In this document: positions 20,502 to 24,704 of the stretch, in pieces
How the letters are laid out: each line of letters starts with the position of its first letter
How positions within the stretch are numbered: position 1 is the stretch's first letter
Assembly: GCF_004010195.1 (NCBI RefSeq)
Contig: NC_057755.1
Coordinates: 12,058,438-12,083,141 of the forward strand
Reading direction: 5' to 3'
DNA length: 24,704 bases
Source: Chiloscyllium plagiosum
Lineage: Eukaryota
Notes under the pieces: generated by a model
Told to the model about the DNA's origin: nothing
Seen by the model: only the letters and a program-made list of their open reading frames with translations
Databases searched by the model: none
Program-made: the position numbers and the translations under genes

Positions 20502-20675
20502 ACCTACAAACAGACCCCACCACCAGGGACATATTTCCCTGGTCACACCTATCAGCGTTCTGGAGAGACCATTCCCTCCGTGACTCCCTCGTCAGATTAA
20601 CCCCACACCCTACCCCCGCCCCTGCCCCCACCCCACTCCCGGCACCTTCCCCTGCCACTGCAGAAAGTGCAAATC
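20502..20675 (+). mobile_element. Inverted internal piece of a PLE (RT-to-GIY-YIG linker)
   Basis: LQTDPTTRDIFP..LSAFWRDHSLRDSLVR, then with a frameshift GTFPCHCRKCK. Confidence 0.85.
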
Positions 20676-20703
20676 TCTCAGTCTCAGACTGTTCTCTTTT
20701 CTC

Positions 20704-21027
20704 ATGGCACAGTGGCTCAGTGGTTAGCACTGTTGCCTCTCAGCGTCAGAGACCTGGGTTCAATTCCCGCCTCAGGCAACTGTCTGTGTGGAGTTTGCAC
20801 ATTCTCCTCGTGCCGGCGTGTGTTTCCTCCAGGTGCTCCAGTTTCCTCCCACAGTCCAAAACAAAATGTGCAGGTTAGGTGAATTGGCCGTGCTAAATTG
20901 CCCCTAGTGTTAGGTGAAGGAGTAAATGTAGGGGAATGGGTCTGGGTGGGTTGCTCTTCGGAGGGTCGGTGTGGACTTGTTGGGCTGAAGGGCCTGTTTC
21001 CACACTATAAGTAATCTAATCTAATCA
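20704..21027 (+). mobile_element. HE1-type SINE, full length
   Basis: A box TGGCTCAGTGG, B box GGTTCAATTCC, (TAATC)3 tail. Confidence 0.94.
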
Positions 21028-21041
21028 CTATGTCCTTGGTT

Positions 21042-21082
21042 GCCCCCCTTGCCCCCCCTGCCCCCCCTCACCCCCCCCCCCC
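21042..21082. repeat. Four poly-C runs (potential G-quadruplex on minus strand)
   Basis: Runs of 6 or more C separated by 2-3 nt. Confidence 0.8.
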
Positions 21083-22920
21083 TCAATTTGAAGCTATGCC
21101 CCCTCTTACCAGCAGATGTCATCATCCTAGGAAAAAGACTCTCAATGTCCACCCTATCTAATCCTCTGACCATCTCCCTTTCTGTCTTTCCTTTAACATT
21201 CGTAACCTGTGACATTAAGCTGCCAGTCCTGTCCATCCCTGAGCCATGTTTCTGTAATTGCTATCATAACCCAGTCCCACATTTCTTACCATGCCCTGAG
21301 GTCATCTGCCTTCCCTGTATGGCTTCTTACATTAAAGTAAATGCAGTTTAATTTATCAGTACTACCTTGTTCTCCGCTTTGTCCCTGCCTGCCCTGACTG
21401 ACTCATTTCTTTTCTCAACTGTACCAGTCTCAGATTGATCTCCTGCCCCCCCCACCCCCCCCCCCTTACTAATTTAAATCCTCCTGAACAGCTCTAGCAA
21501 ATCTCCCAACTAGTATATTAAACCCCTCCAATTCAGGTGCAATCCATCATTCTTACAAGTTGCATCTACCCCCAAAGAGATTCCAATAATCCAAAAATGT
21601 GAATCCTTCTCCCCTACACCAGCTCCTCAGCCACACATTCATCTGCTCTATCCTCCTATTTCTACTTTCACTAGCTCATAGCTCCAGGAATTATCCAGAT
21701 ATAACTACCCACAAGGACCTTTTTTTGACTTTCCTCCTTAATTCGCTATGTTCTCTCTTCAGAACCTCATTCCTTTTCTCGTCCTCGTCCATTGGTTCCA
21801 ATGTGTACAACAACCTTCTGCTAGTTCCCCTTCCCTTTGACAATATTCTGCATCCTCTGAGACATATCCTTGATCTTGGCACCAAGGAGGCAACGCACCA
21901 TTCTGATGTTTTGTTGATGGCCCAGAATCATCTGTCTGTGCCTCTGACTAGAGAATCCCCTATCACAGTCGATTGCTTGGAACCTGACATACCCCTCTTT
22001 ACAGCAGAGCCAGTTTTGGTACTGGAAACCTGGCTGTTCGTTCTATATTCCCCTGAGAGACTATCACCCCCTACATTTTCCAAAACAGCATTCTTATTTG
22101 AGATGGGGTAAGCCATAGAAGACTCCTGCATTACCTGTGTTCCCTTCCTACCTTTCCGACTGTTTCTGCATTTTTCTTCCTTCCAGTAACTGCTATCCAT
22201 CACACCTACAAGCTCCTGTAGCTTTCTCATTGCCTCCAACTGACAGTCCAAATGATCCATGCGATCGCATAGGATTCACAACCGAACATGCTTCCTGCAG
22301 ACCTAATAATCAGTAACACTGAAATTCTCACCAATGTCCCTCAACCGACAGGAAAAGCTCATCACTCTACTGAAGGCCATCTCTGCAGCTTAAACAATCT
22401 ACAGACTCAGAACATAGCCCAGTCTTACTGCTCCAGGATAACTTAATATCTATGATTTATATTTTTAGGGTTTAATCAAGAGCCATCTCAATAGAACATA
22501 TAATCAAAAAAACCCTGCTAATCTCACTATTGTAAATTTATAAAAGAAGTAAGGTTACACTTTTTAAAAAGCCAGTTAGTTACTCCACTGCTGTGAGCAC
22601 CCCATGCAGGTTTCTATAAGATCAGCTGTTGATTTCACCATTAGTTTATTTCCCTTAGAGATACTTGTTACCAAACAGCAGAGGTAGTCAACTCTGCCAG
22701 TTCATTGCTCAGTCACATTGCTATTCAGCTTTACTTCTCTACGTGAACCCTGGACTCTCTCTCTTCCTCCTTTTTAAAGTGCTGCTGTTTTAATCTTTTT
22801 TTCAAAGTTGCATAACAATGGAACAGCTTGTAAAACCATAATTACTGCTCGAAAAAATTTGAAGAGATGAGGTCCACCAGTGAAAATACTTCATGAAAGG
22901 AGCAGCTCTTACAGCTACAT
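21083..22920 (-). mobile_element. CR1 5' portion (5' UTR, decayed ORF1 21469-22380, endonuclease start) joined to a 3'-region piece (21083-~21177)
   Basis: MAFSRVMSFSC..VCRK..DRMDHLDCQLEAMR; VIGDSLVRGTDR; VVISG. The ORF2 start is followed directly by MVRGLDRVDIESLFPRM..RGHSFKL. The 5' UTR limit is a guess. Confidence 0.85.
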
Positions 22921-24398
22921 GAATGTTTTTGTGTTTGGGTGTGAAGGGAATATAGTTTAAATTGCATTGCTGCAGTAACCATTTCCCACTTGTAAAAATA
23001 TAACTTTGTTTATCATATGTTTTTATTCATTGATAAAACATAGTGTGAGTTTGCTTTGTTCCAGATATGAATCAAAGTCAAGCAAATGAACCAGTTTAGT
23101 GATTCAACTGGTAATCTATGATTATTGGTAATTTGTGACAGCCAGTGGCTTAGTCGGGCTTGATTATTCCTGTTCATCTGAAATGTGACAAAGTAAACTA
23201 TGATGATCAGCACAAAATAGGTTGAGAGGCTTAGGGCAGAAGTTTATAGGGTTCTGAGCAACATGGGGTTTGGTGAGATTTATGGCGGGATCAGACAAGA
23301 AGTCTACTGAGTTCTAACTTTGGGAGTATCTCACTCCGTCTGTTATGCTGTTGCCCAGGGTGTGGCAGGTTGAGAAAATTAGCAGCCATGATTGAATGGC
23401 AAAGCAAACTCATTGCATAAACATTTCAAGGACATTTATAGGGTTTCATGAGTTCTGCTCATTTGTATACTAAGTGAGTGCCTCAAAGGCTCAATCAACA
23501 GGTCTCTGGACTTTAAATCAATGAAAAGCTGAAAGCACTTGTCCGGATAACATATTACAGTCAAATTCCCAATATTGTTGAATACACATGACAGCTTTAT
23601 CCACTGGATAAAGTACTTTAATGAATGTGAACACTTACACAGTGCTGATCAACTTAATGATCACTTATCTTTGAGAGACAGAATTCTATGATCTATCACT
23701 ACATTAAAAACATCATTTTTTTAACACAATACCTAAGAATGAAGTGAATATTATAAACAATGCTTTTTGTACTCATCTGTCACAAGGTTCTAACTTCCCA
23801 ACAGGTGGGCCCTGAAACCTCCATCACTGCCAGTCTCAGAGGATAAGCACAGTTGATATACATTCTTGTAGAATGGCAGAAATGACATATCAGCAATGTA
23901 TGAACAAATGGAGGGAGTTGAATATATCTTTCCCTTTAAACAAGTCATATTTGCCTGTGTGGGTTACATTGTGGTTTCAGAGAAGCTGCTGAGTCACTTC
24001 CATCAGCTGTTATAGTGAATATTTTAAATTCTCTTCAAAACAGGTTGAACGTGTTTGTTCAATGTGACGAGAACAGTTAAATAGAGAGACTGTGTGAATT
24101 ATCAGGGCAAGAACATAAACCATTCAATGGGATATCTAAGCAATTAAATTAATTCCTCACTCCTATTGCTGCATGGGTTCACAGTGACCCCACTTCCTCC
24201 CTTCCCTCCCCATTTCCTGGCTTCCTTCTCTTCCTTGTCTTGTAGCCTGTAAAGACTCAGATCCTTTCCCATTGGGATGACTTATTCATTCACGCCCAGA
24301 TTGTTGATAATTCATTCTTATGGGTCGGATGTAACTGATCTCTATTGACAGATCTGTTGACAAATAGGAGAGGAGAGAACTATCATGTCTGTGGTCAT

Positions 24399-24704
24399 TT
24401 AGGAGAAAGTGAGGGCTGCAGATGCTGGAGATCAGAGCTGAAAACGTGTTGCTGGAAAAGCGCAACAGGTCAGGCAGCATCCAAGGAGCAGGAGAATCGA
24501 CGTTTTCTGGCATGAGCCCTTCTTCAGGAATGAGGAAAGTATGCCAAGCAGACTAAGATAAAAGGAAGGGAGGAGGGACTTGGGGGAGGGGCATTGGAAA
24601 TGCGATAGGTGGAAGGAGGTTAGGGCGAGGGTGATAGGCCAGAGAGGGGGTGGGGGCGGAGAGGTCAGGAAGAAGATTGCAGGTTAGGAAGGTGGTGCTG
24701 AGTT
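24399..24704 (-). mobile_element. PLE tail plus terminal repeat, continuing past the window edge
   Basis: Close match to 11036-11276; hammerhead motif ATTC CTGAAGA AGGGCTCATGCCA GAAAA CGTC GATT at 24495-24531. Confidence 0.92.

Noticed and set aside
17981..21027. tRNA genes suggested by A/B boxes
   Set aside because: They are heads of HE1-type SINEs, followed by SINE core and LINE-like tails.
21599..22111. 170-aa plus-strand ORF
   Set aside because: Antisense to the CR1 ORF1 esterase remnant.
1..24704. CRISPR arrays, prokaryotic operons, rRNA or host protein-coding genes
   Set aside because: No repeat-spacer array, no rRNA-like sequence and no recognisable host exon were seen.

Overview
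Eukaryotic, repeat-dominated window with no recognisable host gene. The repeats (HE1/V-SINEs with TAATC/TTCTA tails, many CR1-clade LINE copies, a Deu-domain SINE, Penelope-like elements [PLEs]) point to a cartilaginous fish, probably a shark (inference). Nearly all listed ORFs are decayed retroelement fragments or their antisense shadows; 13242-14021 is an assembly gap. Points of interest: (1) a decayed, CR1-interrupted reading frame at ~8595-9728 with rolling-circle HUH Rep-like motifs (DIHYHASLKL ... YTMK, in frame and 48 codons apart once the CR1 is removed); (2) it lies in a ~1.67 kb cassette bounded by an 87-bp, 95%-identical inverted repeat and inverted PLE termini; (3) PLE termini carry minimal hammerhead ribozyme motifs, and three form fold-back mini-elements, two with clear TSDs; (4) a PLE whose internally deleted segment reappears inverted at its 5' end. 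All family calls are by-eye motif recognition and boundaries are approximate unless fixed by a TSD.
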